Source of the DNA: Deltaproteobacteria bacterium
GTDB lineage: Bacteria; Desulfobacterota; Deferrimicrobia; Deferrimicrobiales; Deferrimicrobiaceae
Direction of reading: 5' to 3'
DNA: 64,000 nt
NCBI GenBank assembly: GCA_016218975.1
Contig: JACRCO010000037.1
Coordinates: forward strand, 203,757-267,756
Shown here one piece after another: positions 1 to 9,418 of this stretch; the stretch's first letter is position 1; every line of letters starts with the position of its first letter. The position numbers and the translations under genes were made by a program. The notes under the pieces were generated by a model. The model was not told where the DNA came from. It made no database searches and worked only from the letters and a program-made list of their open reading frames with translations.

Positions 1-510
1 GAGAAATTCGGAAGTTCCGACCGCCTGCTGCTCCCGGATCTTCAGGTTTTCGTCGATGAAGAAAGAGGAAAGACGCGCCGTGGTAAGCATCGCCATCTGC
101 CTGTTTTCGTGGTAGAAGGAAAGCCTGAAAGCGTCTGTTCCAAGGACCTGTATATCGATCCGCCTTCGCATTTCGTCGACAACGTCTTCAAGCGGTTTTT
201 TCTTCCTTTCATCCTTGAAAAGACCGAGTTCGTCCATGACCGACACCAGGCATGTGCGGCTCAGCACCTGCTGTTTCAATGTGGCCAGGCGCGCCTCGAT
301 CCTGATGCTGACGCTGGAACGGACGTAATTCTCGGGCACGCGCTGCGGGATCACCAGGATCGTCGTGCTCGATTTGAATTGTTCAGGAACCACGACACAG
401 TAGACGCTCGCGCCGAAGAGGATGAACAGGATCGAAAATACGATCATCCATTTTCGCCGGCGATATATTTCCAGAATGTCCTGGAGAACCAGGTTCGGTG
501 GAAGGGGCAT
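1..510 (-). CDS. Polysaccharide chain-length determinant (Wzz/GumC/EpsF-like), N-terminal part; gene runs off the left window edge
   Basis: Reverse-strand ATG at 508-510 follows the revcomp of ggaggg. Translation MPLPPNLVLQDILEIYRRRKWMIVFSILFILFGASVYCVVVP... has an N-terminal TM helix then a Wzz-like periplasmic segment. It sits next to Wza-like and OMP genes. Not in the ORF track because it is truncated. Confidence 0.55.
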   Translation of the reverse strand, partial: MPLPPNLVLQDILEIYRRRKWMIVFSILFILFGASVYCVVVPEQFKSSTTILVIPQRVPENYVRSSVSIRIEARLATLKQQVLSRTCLVSVMDELGLFKDERKKKPLEDVVDEMRRRIDIQVLGTDAFRLSFYHENRQMAMLTTARLSSFFIDENLKIREQQAVGTSEFL

Positions 511-529
511 CGTTCCCTCTGTTTTTTTC

Positions 530-1837
530 TTAAAAGAGGTTGTAGGTTTCGCCCAGGGTCACGGCGAGCAAGACCGACTCGCGCTTCAGATCGTCCCCGG
601 AAATTCCGTGCGACCATTGACGGAAGAAGTTTCCGTAAAGGCTCAGCGTGGCCCATTTCGCCGGCATGTATCGTATTCCGGCCGTTCCGTTCGCCGACAC
701 CAGGTCCACCTCCACCGCGGCATCCGTGGAGCGATTCGTCTGGCAGAAGCCGGAGAGGTCCAGCCACCATCCGCTTGCGAACTGGTCGGCCAACGAGAGA
801 ACGGCATTCGCCCGCCTCGTCGTCCGCCCGAACGTGCCGCCGCCCGCCAGCTCGTACTTTCCGGAAACAAGCGCTCTGAAATCCTTCCGGGAATACGTCA
901 GGGACAACAATCCGCTCGGTGACCAGGTCTCGTTCTTCTCGTCCCCTATTCCTGTGGATTCCCTGCTGAGCGTCGCCCCCGCCCTGGCATCCAGCGTGTT
1001 GCTTTCGGTGAGCCGGTACGTTCCGGAAAAACCGCCCGAATAAATCCTGGAATTCGGCCTGCCGCTGAAAGAGTTGTAGCTGGTGTCCCCGTAAACGCCG
1101 GAGGAGAAGCGATCCGTGAGCTTGTAATTCACTGCCATGTTTCCCGAAACGACTCTCGAATCGATAAGGCCTGTGGGATTGTCCGTGAAATCGCGCCTTC
1201 TCGCCCCTCCTCCGATTTCGACGTTGACGTTCGGCGTGAGCTCGTATCCGAACTGCGCCGATCCCGAGATCTCCCGCACCTCCGTAATGAAGGTAACCGT
1301 GGACTCCGAAACGGAAAGCACGGTAATTCCGGTATCCGCCGGGCCTTCGCTGCGCGCGGGTTCCGACGAAGTGGACTCGATGCCGTAACCCGAAGAACCA
1401 GGAGTTATGACCGTAGGTATCAACTCCAGGACATTGCGGCGCACGGAATCCCGCGCCTCGATGTACCTGGCCGTCGGACGCAATGAAAACCGGGGTGTAA
1501 ACTTGATGGGCTTCGTTGTGTTCAGCCCGAGATCCTTGGTCGCCGCGGTCTTGTCCAGGAGCGTGAAATCGGAATATCTCTCCAGTTCGAATCCGCCGCT
1601 CAGGTTCAGAGTCGTGTCCATCGTTTCGAGGGAAAGCGTCAGCTTCGGGTTGGCGCGGAAAACGAAGTCGCTTTGTTCGTTCGACGATGTGTTTAATACG
1701 TTCGAGTCCCAGCTCTCCCCGATAGTGATCGAGGGAGTGGCTTTAAGGTTCACAGCCCAGGATTCGGAAACGAGCCCGAACACAAGTATGAATCCGATCG
1801 CGGCGATTCTTTTCAAGTCCGTTATCCCCCCTTTCAC
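530..1837 (-). CDS. Outer-membrane beta-barrel protein, PEP-CTERM/EPS-locus associated
   Basis: Signal peptide MKGGITDLKRIAAIGFILVFGLVSESWA; Ser/Thr/Gly/Tyr-rich alternating beta-strand composition; C-terminal residue Phe (YNLF) is typical of OMPs. ATGA overlap with the upstream Wza-like gene. Confidence 0.5.
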   Translation of the reverse strand: MKGGITDLKRIAAIGFILVFGLVSESWAVNLKATPSITIGESWDSNVLNTSSNEQSDFVFRANPKLTLSLETMDTTLNLSGGFELERYSDFTLLDKTAATKDLGLNTTKPIKFTPRFSLRPTARYIEARDSVRRNVLELIPTVITPGSSGYGIESTSSEPARSEGPADTGITVLSVSESTVTFITEVREISGSAQFGYELTPNVNVEIGGGARRRDFTDNPTGLIDSRVVSGNMAVNYKLTDRFSSGVYGDTSYNSFSGRPNSRIYSGGFSGTYRLTESNTLDARAGATLSRESTGIGDEKNETWSPSGLLSLTYSRKDFRALVSGKYELAGGGTFGRTTRRANAVLSLADQFASGWWLDLSGFCQTNRSTDAAVEVDLVSANGTAGIRYMPAKWATLSLYGNFFRQWSHGISGDDLKRESVLLAVTLGETYNLF

Positions 1838-2514
1838 GGCACTACGATCGTGTCGCCCGGTTTCAGCATGTAATTCCCCTCCCCTTCCTCTTCAAGCAGA
1901 TTGTAATAGTTGATTTTCCTTACCTCCTGCTTCTTGCCTGTGCCACGGACCAGCTTGATGCTCCGGGGCGAAGCAAACTGCGTGAATCCGCCGGCCTGCG
2001 CGAGCGCCTGGAGAATCGACACGTCGCTCCTCAAGAGATACGTCCCCGGTTTTGCGACATTGCCTATCACGAAGATTCTCGGAGCGTTTACCTGTATCAC
2101 GATGACGGATACCTGGGGCTCGACGACGAATGCCTTGAGTTTCTGATGGATGCTGCTTGCCAGTTCGGCCGCGGTCAACCCTTCAGCCTGGACATCCTGG
2201 ACCAGCGGCAACGATATCTTTCCGTCCGGCCGCACCGCCACGTCCATCGTCATATCCTTGTTTTCCCATACGGAAACCTTCAGGATGTCTTCCGGCCCAA
2301 GCCTGTATTCCGGACCGGCGACCGGGGCAGCCGCAGGGGGAACCTGTGAAGGCACGGGCGCCGCAGTCGAAGGTGAAGCCACGGCAGCCGACGATGGAGG
2401 CGCAGCCGATGCCTTACCCGGGTTTTTGACATTTCGTTCTTCCGCACGGACCGGCAGGCAGACCGCCGAAACGATCAAAGCCGCCGCGCAGGCTACCGCC
2501 CATAAGGTCTTCAC
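1834..2514 (-). CDS. Polysaccharide export protein (Wza/EpsE family, periplasmic)
   Basis: PEYRLGPEDILKVSVWEN...DGKISLPLVQDVQAEGLTAAELASSI...PRIFVIGNVAKPGTYLL is a polysaccharide-export (Poly_export/SLBB) signature. The ORF-track start is TTG at 2547; the GTG at 2514 has a GGAGGGG Shine-Dalgarno 5 nt upstream and gives the signal peptide VKTLWAVACAAALIVSAVCLPVRA. Confidence 0.75.
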   Translation of the reverse strand: MKTLWAVACAAALIVSAVCLPVRAEERNVKNPGKASAAPPSSAAVASPSTAAPVPSQVPPAAAPVAGPEYRLGPEDILKVSVWENKDMTMDVAVRPDGKISLPLVQDVQAEGLTAAELASSIHQKLKAFVVEPQVSVIVIQVNAPRIFVIGNVAKPGTYLLRSDVSILQALAQAGGFTQFASPRSIKLVRGTGKKQEVRKINYYNLLEEEGEGNYMLKPGDTIVVP

Positions 2515-2575
2515 CTTTACCCCTCCATAAACGCTTTTATACTGCAAAAACAGGGAATTGCCCTTCCTGAGCCTT

Positions 2576-4036
2576 CTACTCCCGGTTCAGTCCGCATTCC
2601 TTTATCTTGTACAGTAATGCCTTATAACTGATATCGAGCAGTTGAGCGGCTTTTCGCCGGTTCCAACGCGTCTGGCTGAGCACCCGCTCGATCAGGTCCC
2701 GCTCCGCGTTGCGCTGTGCGATCTTCGCAACCTCTTTCAGCGTCCCCTGTTCCGGCAGGTATGTATCGTTTCCGTTCCGTGCGGCATGGTTGTTCCCCGC
2801 CGCTGCCCTCGGAGGTTGGGGACGGTGCGACTCTTCGCGCTCATCACTATACGTCGAATAGGAACCGTTCTCCTTTTTGCGCAGGAATTCCGAGATAAGC
2901 TGACTCTCGCTGCCCAGGATGACGAACCGCTTGATGTTGTTCTCAAGCTCCCGCACGTTTCCGGGCCAGGAGTAATTAAGGAACATATCGGTCAAACGGG
3001 GGGAAATATTAACTCTTTCCCGGTTGTACATTTCCGAGTATCGGGTCAGGAAATAGTCCACCAGCAACGGGATGTCGTCCTTCCGGTCGCGCAAGGGAGG
3101 CAGGATTATGTTCACGACATTGATCCGGTAGAAAAGGTCGCGCCGGAAGCGGTTCTCGTCCACCATGCGCTCCAGGTTTTTATTGGTGGCCGTAAGGATC
3201 CGGCAGTTGACCTTGACTTCCCTTTCCCCTCCGATCCTGTAGAACTGCCTTTCCTGCAGGACGTGGAGAAGTTTCGATTGAAGGTCCTGGTGCATCTCGC
3301 TGATTTCGTCCAGGAAGATCGTGCCGTTCTGGGCGATCTCGAAGCGGCCGTACTTTCGCCGGTGGGCGCCGGTGAACGCACCGCGTTCGAACCCGAAAAG
3401 CTCACTTTCCAGCAGCTCCCGCGGCAGGGCCGCGCAGTTCACCTTTATGAAGGGTTCGTTCGCACGCTCGGACGCCTTGTGCAGCGATTTGGCCACCAGC
3501 TCTTTGCCGGTGCCGCTTTCCCCGGTGATAAGGACAGTGATATCGGTGTTCGCCACCTGGTCGACGATCGCCTGCACCTTGCTCATCCTGTCGCTCAAGG
3601 AGAAAAGGAGCTTGTATTCGTCCTCAGACCTTGACTTGGTCTTCAGTTCCTCGAGTTCCCACTTGGCCTGCGATGTTTCGAGGACCATCTGGATCTTGAG
3701 CAGCAGTTCCTCGCCGCGGAAGGGCTTCTTGATGTAGTCGTTCGCACCGTCTTTCATGGCTCGCACGACTTCTTCGACGTCACCCTGGCCGGAGACCATG
3801 ATGATGGGGGTGGCCCCCCCGTTCGAACGGAACGGCTTTATGAGGTCCACTCCGCTCCCGTCCGGAAGGAAAATGTCGAATATCAGGCAGGAGAAGTGGT
3901 GCTTGTCGAGGGTCTCGACCGCTTCCGCCTTGTTGAAGGCGGTAACCACCTCCATGCCGCTCTCCGTGAGCAGATTTTTCGTGAACTGCATGAAAACGGG
4001 ATCGTCGTCGACGACAAGGATTGTAGAAGACGGCAT
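2576..4036 (-). CDS. Sigma-54-dependent response regulator (receiver + AAA+ sigma-54 activator + Fis-type HTH), PrsR-like
   Basis: ILVVDDDPV...DIFLPDGSG receiver; GESGTGKE Walker A and GAFTGA sigma-54 contact motif (FGFERGAFTGA); C-terminal HTH. The ORF track over-extends it: the ATG at 4036 is preceded by GAGGAGG and begins MPSSTILVVDDD. Confidence 0.85.
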   Translation of the reverse strand: MPSSTILVVDDDPVFMQFTKNLLTESGMEVVTAFNKAEAVETLDKHHFSCLIFDIFLPDGSGVDLIKPFRSNGGATPIIMVSGQGDVEEVVRAMKDGANDYIKKPFRGEELLLKIQMVLETSQAKWELEELKTKSRSEDEYKLLFSLSDRMSKVQAIVDQVANTDITVLITGESGTGKELVAKSLHKASERANEPFIKVNCAALPRELLESELFGFERGAFTGAHRRKYGRFEIAQNGTIFLDEISEMHQDLQSKLLHVLQERQFYRIGGEREVKVNCRILTATNKNLERMVDENRFRRDLFYRINVVNIILPPLRDRKDDIPLLVDYFLTRYSEMYNRERVNISPRLTDMFLNYSWPGNVRELENNIKRFVILGSESQLISEFLRKKENGSYSTYSDEREESHRPQPPRAAAGNNHAARNGNDTYLPEQGTLKEVAKIAQRNAERDLIERVLSQTRWNRRKAAQLLDISYKALLYKIKECGLNRE

Positions 4037-4258
4037 AGGCTCCTCCTCAGCCGGAAGATCTTCGCAAACGCCATGCCCGACATGCATTATTTGGTAACAA
4101 ATGGCTATCTCACTGGATAAAGTGTCAAAAATCAATGGGTTAAATATGTACAATTTTCCCCAAAACAGAGGTGGTGTGGTCGCGTTGCGACAAAATATGT
4201 CACAATACGGCACATATGGGAAAACTTTTAGACAATTACCGCTTAATTGGGAATCTTG

Positions 4259-5398
4259 TTACGCAGGTAGGGAGAAAGAGACCTTGGTTCCTTTGCCCGG
4301 TTCGCTTTCCAGCCAGATCTTCCCTTTCTGAATTTCAAGCAGTTTCTTGCATATATGCAGACCAAGGCCAATCCGTGCATTTGCGTCATTTGCGGACACG
4401 ATCCGTTCCTCGGAAAATATCTTTTCGGCCTGGGCCTTCGGAATACCCTTCCCGGTATCGGCGACCCAGACGGTAGCCGATACGGCGTCCCCCGGCTTTG
4501 CCCCTACAGTGATCTGCCCGTCACGCGGGGTGAACTTGATGGCGTTGTAGAGTAGATTGTCCAGAACTTGCATGACCCGTTCCGGGTCCGCCTTCACGCT
4601 CAAGCCGGGTCCCGCGTTTTCCAGAACAAGCCGGATCTGTTTCTGCTCCGCGAAGGGCTTGTAGAAAGCGATGCAGTCGTTCAGAACCTTGTGAAGCTCG
4701 AACCTTTTGATCTGTAGCTGCAATTCCCCCCTGCGCGCGGCCTCGTAATCCAGGAGGGTGTTTGCCATCGCCCGAAGTTTCCGGACCGAACGGCCGAACT
4801 GCCGAACGAGCTCCGCGCCCTCCATGCTGGCGCAGATGCTGCAACGCGAATCCAGGTCCTGATAATACCCTTCCAGAACGGTCAACGCCGATTTGAAATC
4901 GTGGGCAGCCATGGAAATCATGAAGCCTTTCAGCTCGGCCTGCACCTTCGTCTGCTTGAGGTCCGCCTGGATCTTCGACAGGCGTTCGCCGACGCCTTTC
5001 TCGACCCGTTCGCTTTCGAGGCTTAAATTCAGTTTTTCGACGGAACGGGCGACCGAATGAAGCAGGATGCCTTGGGCTACGGGCTTCCTCAGGAAGTCGT
5101 AAGCCCCCTGTTTAAGCGCCTCTATGACCGATTCCAGCGACGGAGATGTGGACAGGAAGGTGAACGGCAGGTCAGGATACCTGCGAAGCGTGTCCCTCAG
5201 GAATTCGAACCCGCATCCCTTCCCGGCCCTCAATTCGGACAGGATAATGGTTTTCCCCTTGACCTTCCGAAGGTGATCCGCGGCATCGTCGAAATTGGAA
5301 ACCGCGGTGACGTCATATTTCTCGTTTTTGAGAGTCTCCTGCGCCTGGGCGAGGAATTTCGGGTCGTCGTCGACGATGAGGACACGTAGGCATTGCAT
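4259..5398 (-). CDS. Hybrid signal protein: N-terminal receiver domain fused to HisKA + HATPase_c histidine kinase
   Basis: LIVDDDPKF...SELRAGKG receiver; MAAHDFKS (H-box); C-terminal ATPase motifs (DTGKGIPKAQ, GLGLHICKKL). Sits directly upstream of the sigma-54 regulator. Confidence 0.75.
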   Translation of the reverse strand: MQCLRVLIVDDDPKFLAQAQETLKNEKYDVTAVSNFDDAADHLRKVKGKTIILSELRAGKGCGFEFLRDTLRRYPDLPFTFLSTSPSLESVIEALKQGAYDFLRKPVAQGILLHSVARSVEKLNLSLESERVEKGVGERLSKIQADLKQTKVQAELKGFMISMAAHDFKSALTVLEGYYQDLDSRCSICASMEGAELVRQFGRSVRKLRAMANTLLDYEAARRGELQLQIKRFELHKVLNDCIAFYKPFAEQKQIRLVLENAGPGLSVKADPERVMQVLDNLLYNAIKFTPRDGQITVGAKPGDAVSATVWVADTGKGIPKAQAEKIFSEERIVSANDANARIGLGLHICKKLLEIQKGKIWLESEPGKGTKVSFSLPA

Positions 5399-5475
5399 AA
5401 GAAAAAGGATATTACCACATGGGAATATGCGCCATTAGAAAAAGAAAACTCACCGGTTCAATTCCCTGCCAGAAG

Positions 5476-5552
5476 CCAATCATGAAAAGAAATGGTGGCG
5501 GTGCAGGGAATTGAACCCCGGACACTGCGGATATGAGCCGCATGCTCTCACC
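5476..5552 (-). tRNA. tRNA-Met (anticodon CAT), CCA encoded
   Basis: Revcomp GGCGGTGTAGCTCAGATGGTGAGAGCATGCGGCTCATATCCGCAGTGTCCGGGGTTCAATTCCCTGCACCGCCACCA folds as a cloverleaf: 7-bp acceptor stem, U8, GCTC/GAGC D-stem, anticodon loop CTCATAT, TTCAATT T-loop. G1-C72 is paired, so it is not an initiator. A lysidine-modified Ile2 tRNA cannot be excluded from sequence alone. Confidence 0.8.
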
Positions 5553-5662
5553 ATCTGAGCTACACCGCCACAACGGCAGGAAAGACGAATATTACAGACA
5601 GGATGCCACCAAAGTCAACCCCGTTTCAGGCCGTAATCCCGCGTGTAAATCGAGCGGCGGGA

Positions 5663-7198
5663 TCATTTCAACCAGATGAGGTTCCACTCTCCGAACTGGC
5701 CGAGGATTTTCCCCTTGTCCCGGGATGCGATCCCGATGCGGAGCGTCCGTCCGGAGGGCGAAAAATCGATAAAGGAGTCCCTCGCGGAGCTGCCCGTCTG
5801 CGGCGTCCGCCAGGCGAGCTGGAGCGAATCTCCGTCCTGTGCGAAGCACATCGCCTCGGCGTTCGAGTAAACCCGTATATTCTCGAAGAATGCCCCGGCA
5901 GTGACGATGTTGTTCATGACGATCAACTCGTCCGTCCTGTCGCCGTCCAGGTCCGCCCCGAACATCCGGTTCGGCATAAAAAGCCGTTTCGCGTCCTGTC
6001 GACCGTCCTCCTTGCCTGCGAAAACAAGGGGTGCGCGCACCGCCGTTTCCGTTCCCGACACGGAGTCCATCCCCTCCCACAGTTTCTTCCCGTTTTCGTC
6101 CAGAAGGTTGAGCCGGTCCCTTTCGTTGATCGTTGCGAATCTCGTTTTCCCGCCGTTGTTCAATGCCGCGAACGAGTATATCCAGGTCCCGTCGGGGAGC
6201 GGGAGCGCGGCACTCCTGTCATCGGCCGCTGCGCCGTATTTTCCCGGAGCCAGGCGGAACACCGGGCCTTTGTGGATCGTGACCGGATCGGATTCCTGGG
6301 CGGCGAGTACGATACCGTCCTTCCCAATGTCCAGCGCGCGCAGGAAATAGGGGATGTCCCGGGCGATCGGCTTGTACTGCCTGCTGTCGCCGTCGTACTC
6401 CCAGACGTCGGAAAGCGATTTCCCGGCGACGTAGCGCACGGATATGATCTCCGCGATCCCGTTCCTGTTGATGTCCGCCGCGTCCACGTGGATGAAATCG
6501 GCGCCTGCGTCGGTAATGCGCGCCTTTTCCACCAGGTCGTCGCCTTCCATCCGGTACACCGCGAGGTCGTTCGGGTACGCCGCGACGATCTCCATCTTCC
6601 CGTCCCGGTCCGTGTCGTTCCGGGCTACTGAAACGACATCGCCCACGATATCGCGGCTTCGTGACACCGTACCCGACAGGCGGGGTATCTTCCTCCTGCC
6701 CGCCCCTTCGCCCACCGTTTCATCGCCGAAAAAAAGATATTTCAACCTGGAAGCGGCTTCGGTGGCCATTCGCGCATATGCCGGAGGCGGGTCAGCCCCC
6801 TTTCGCGCGCCGTCGTCCACGCCGGTGACGACGAGCGTTCTTCCTTTGCCGGGATCCTCGACCGTTGAAAGCGTCAGGTCCAACGTGACGGACCTGCCGA
6901 TCCGCGAAACGGCGCCTGCAAGGATGTAGGTCGCTCCCATGCCGCGAGCCTTGTTTCTCCTTGCCGTCAGGTCATCAGGCACCGCAGCGGCCATGATCCT
7001 CACGTCGAGCCGGTCCTGGAGTTTTTCTCCGATCGACCGGCCAAGGCGATCGACGTCGGCGGCGATAGTGTTGTCGGACAGGTTCTGCAGCGGAAAGAAG
7101 GCCACGACCTGCTTCGCCGCCCATGCGGCGCCGGACGCAACGAGGAAGCAGGCTGCCGCTATCGCTGCGAGGAGGAGCGAGTTCGTCTTCACCCTCAT
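5663..7198 (-). CDS. Secreted FG-GAP/VCBS-repeat (beta-propeller) protein with an N-terminal alpha/beta domain
   Basis: Signal peptide MRVKTNSLLLAAIAAACFLVASGAAWA. Repeated D-x-D/N-x-D-G motifs (DTDRDGKMEIV, DINRNGIAEII, DLDGDRTDELIV). ORF track over-extended: ATG at 7198 with an AAGGTGG Shine-Dalgarno, ATGA overlap with the upstream isochorismatase gene. Confidence 0.55.
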   Translation of the reverse strand: MRVKTNSLLLAAIAAACFLVASGAAWAAKQVVAFFPLQNLSDNTIAADVDRLGRSIGEKLQDRLDVRIMAAAVPDDLTARRNKARGMGATYILAGAVSRIGRSVTLDLTLSTVEDPGKGRTLVVTGVDDGARKGADPPPAYARMATEAASRLKYLFFGDETVGEGAGRRKIPRLSGTVSRSRDIVGDVVSVARNDTDRDGKMEIVAAYPNDLAVYRMEGDDLVEKARITDAGADFIHVDAADINRNGIAEIISVRYVAGKSLSDVWEYDGDSRQYKPIARDIPYFLRALDIGKDGIVLAAQESDPVTIHKGPVFRLAPGKYGAAADDRSAALPLPDGTWIYSFAALNNGGKTRFATINERDRLNLLDENGKKLWEGMDSVSGTETAVRAPLVFAGKEDGRQDAKRLFMPNRMFGADLDGDRTDELIVMNNIVTAGAFFENIRVYSNAEAMCFAQDGDSLQLAWRTPQTGSSARDSFIDFSPSGRTLRIGIASRDKGKILGQFGEWNLIWLK

Positions 7199-7764
7199 CG
7201 GATCAGCGACGCCACCTTTTTGAATTCCGGAGTGGCCGCGACCTTCAACAGCTGGAAAACCGCCGTCTCGGTGCTGAAGACCGTGCATCCGGCGTCGCGC
7301 AGGGCCTGGAGACCGCTTTGGTAGTTGTGCATGAAGCGGGAGGATACCGCGTCGTCGATGACGAAGACCGAATATCCGGCGCGCGTGAGGTCCGCCGATG
7401 TCTGGTAGACGCAGACGTGCGTTTCCATGCCGACGATCGCAACCTGTTTCCGTCCGGCCGATGCGACGGCCTGCAGGAACCCCTCGTCGCGCGCGCAGCT
7501 GAAAGTCAATTTTTCGATCCGCTGGAATCGTTTCCCCTCCAGGGGCTGCATTATCTCCGGTACCGTGGATCCCAACCCTTTCGGATACTGCTCCGTAAGC
7601 AGGATCGGAAGTCCCAGCGTGCCCGCCGCCTCGATCATTATCTGCATGTTCTTCAGCGCCCTCGGGTAAAGATCCGGGTGGATTGCAGGGACGAGCCGGG
7701 ACTGTACGTCCACCACGAGGAGCAGCGCATCCTCCCTGTTCAGGAAATCGACCATTTTATGCAC
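7195..7764 (-). CDS. Isochorismatase-family cysteine hydrolase
   Basis: LLVVDVQ...AIVGMETHVCV...VFVIDDAVSS is the isochorismatase/CSHase family signature (D-K-C triad region). Confidence 0.8.
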   Translation of the reverse strand: MHKMVDFLNREDALLLVVDVQSRLVPAIHPDLYPRALKNMQIMIEAAGTLGLPILLTEQYPKGLGSTVPEIMQPLEGKRFQRIEKLTFSCARDEGFLQAVASAGRKQVAIVGMETHVCVYQTSADLTRAGYSVFVIDDAVSSRFMHNYQSGLQALRDAGCTVFSTETAVFQLLKVAATPEFKKVASLIR

Positions 7765-7769
7765 CCTCC

Positions 7770-8972
7770 TTATCGGCCTTGGACGTCGCAGGCGATGACT
7801 TCTTCTTCCATTATAGTGAGTTTCTCGAACCCCTCATGTGTGACGAGATATGCGTTCTCTATTCCGACCGCGCCTTCGCCGGGGAAGACGAACTTGGGTT
7901 CCATGGCGAACGTCATCCCTGCCGCCAGGACGGTCTTCGATCCTTTGGCGATGAAAGGAATCTCGTCGGTTTCGATCCCGATGCCGTGCCCGATGAACTT
8001 GACGTTGTATCCGGGAGGGCCCATGAATTTCGCAGCGAAGGGACCGCGAGACGCCATTTCCAGTCCGATTTCGTAAAGGTCTCCCGCTACCGCTCCCGGG
8101 CGTATGGCGCTTTCGATGTTCCGCAGGATCTTGACCGTCATGGCGTAGGCTTTGGCGAGCTTCTCCGGCAGCGTGCCGATTACGAAGGTCCGGGCCATGT
8201 CAACCAGGTAGCCGTCCTGCGCCCACATGGTATCGACGATGATCGGCTCGTCGACGCCGAAGGGACGATGTCCCTGCCCTGCGGGGGCGTACGGGCCCAA
8301 TCCTTTTCCGGCGGTCGGGAAATCGGCGTAGGAGGGTATCGCGGCGTCAGGTCCGGAAATCACGCATCCCAGCCCCACTTCCTGGTTCCAGGCGCGCATT
8401 CGGGTGATGGTCGTGTGGCCGGCGGCGATCGCCCTGCCCTGTAGAATTCCCTGCAGCTCCTTTTCGGTCATGCCGGGCCGTATCTCCTGCCGGGCGGAGG
8501 ATATGAGCGCAGAAAGATTTTTTCCGCAGGCGCGCAGCGCATCGATTTCGGACGGCCCCTTGACCGAGCGGATTTCCCTTACGATGGCGGATATGTCCAC
8601 CGCCTTCGCGGCTGGAAACATTGAGGAGTAACGGTTGAAGGTCTGCACCGGCATGACGTCCATCTCGAACCCGAGCGACCGGAAGGCAATGCCCTTTTTC
8701 TCGAAATAGGCGGGGATCTCTCTGGGGCTTGCGATCCTTTCGATGATTTCGACAGGCGATTCGGTCATCGCGCGCTCGTACACCTTTCGTACGAAGTAGA
8801 CCGGATCTCCCTCGGCGCGGACCACCAGGATCCCCTGCTGGATGGAGCCTGCGAAATAAAACAGGTCGGCATTCTGAACCACGACCGCTGCATCGACGCC
8901 TGCCTCGATGAGCCTCGCCCGAAGCGCCGCCAACCGCTTTCCTATCTCCTCTTTCGGCGTCAGCCTGTACAT
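7770..8972 (-). CDS. M24-family metallopeptidase (Xaa-Pro aminopeptidase/creatinase-like, with creatinase N-domain)
   Basis: Creatinase-N-like N-terminus plus the C-terminal pita-bread fold (HGIGIETDE, GMTFAMEP). ORF track over-extended: ATG at 8972 preceded by GGGAGGGG. Confidence 0.8.
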   Translation of the reverse strand: MYRLTPKEEIGKRLAALRARLIEAGVDAAVVVQNADLFYFAGSIQQGILVVRAEGDPVYFVRKVYERAMTESPVEIIERIASPREIPAYFEKKGIAFRSLGFEMDVMPVQTFNRYSSMFPAAKAVDISAIVREIRSVKGPSEIDALRACGKNLSALISSARQEIRPGMTEKELQGILQGRAIAAGHTTITRMRAWNQEVGLGCVISGPDAAIPSYADFPTAGKGLGPYAPAGQGHRPFGVDEPIIVDTMWAQDGYLVDMARTFVIGTLPEKLAKAYAMTVKILRNIESAIRPGAVAGDLYEIGLEMASRGPFAAKFMGPPGYNVKFIGHGIGIETDEIPFIAKGSKTVLAAGMTFAMEPKFVFPGEGAVGIENAYLVTHEGFEKLTIMEEEVIACDVQGR

Positions 8973-8981
8973 ACCCCTCCC

Positions 8982-9036
8982 AAAAACAGGGACGTTCTTA
9001 AAAACTTGAAAACGGGGACGTTCCTTAACTTTTTTC
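8982..9036. repeat. Two direct copies of the ~24-nt GGGACGTTC-core element (aaaaacagggacgttcttaaaaac; gaaaacggggacgttccttaactttttt)
   Basis: Read directly from the sequence. AT-rich flanks in a GC-rich genome. Sits 4 nt upstream of the M24 peptidase Shine-Dalgarno on the coding strand. Confidence 0.8.
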
Positions 9037-9088
9037 CACAATTATACCCGGGACGATCCTCCAAACTCTAACACGGGATGGAATAGAG

Positions 9089-9418
9089 CTAAGCGGACTT
9101 TTTCAGCAGGTCTGCTATGTATTTATTCAGGCTCAAACCCTTGCGGGCAGCAGTCAGTGCAAGCCGGCGGTGCAATTCGGGGCCAATGCGAACATTGAAA
9201 CTGCCTTTTAATGATTTCTCCGGCTCGATCCCTCGTTTGCCACACATCTCCAGATAGTCATCGACCGACTCTTCAAACGCCTTCCTCAGTGAGGCCACAT
9301 CTGTTCCCTCGTAACTTACCAATGCCCGGATGAATTCGATTTTTCCGTAAAAGATCCGGTCCTCATCGTTGTAGCATACGGAACCGTAATATCCGAGATG
9401 GGTCATCATGTTTTTCAT
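9089..9418 (-). CDS. hicB: Type II toxin-antitoxin HicB-family antitoxin
   Basis: YGSVCYNDEDRIFYGKIEFIRALVSYEGTDVASLRKAFEESVDDYLEMC is the HicB N-domain signature; C-terminal RHH-like DNA-binding tail; 4-nt overlap with hicA. Confidence 0.8.
   Translation of the reverse strand: MKNMMTHLGYYGSVCYNDEDRIFYGKIEFIRALVSYEGTDVASLRKAFEESVDDYLEMCGKRGIEPEKSLKGSFNVRIGPELHRRLALTAARKGLSLNKYIADLLKKSA

Noticed and set aside
5476-5552. Considered calling the CAT-anticodon tRNA an initiator tRNA-fMet
   Set aside because: Position 1-72 is a Watson-Crick G-C pair and the anticodon stem lacks the three consecutive G-C pairs of initiators. An elongator Met (or Ile2-lysidine) tRNA is more consistent.
5592-6631. 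162-aa minus-strand ORF (5592-6080) and 342-aa plus-strand ORF (5603-6631) near the tRNA and FG-GAP gene
   Set aside because: Overlap the FG-GAP repeat gene out of frame or antisense. Arg-rich composition and no start-site support.
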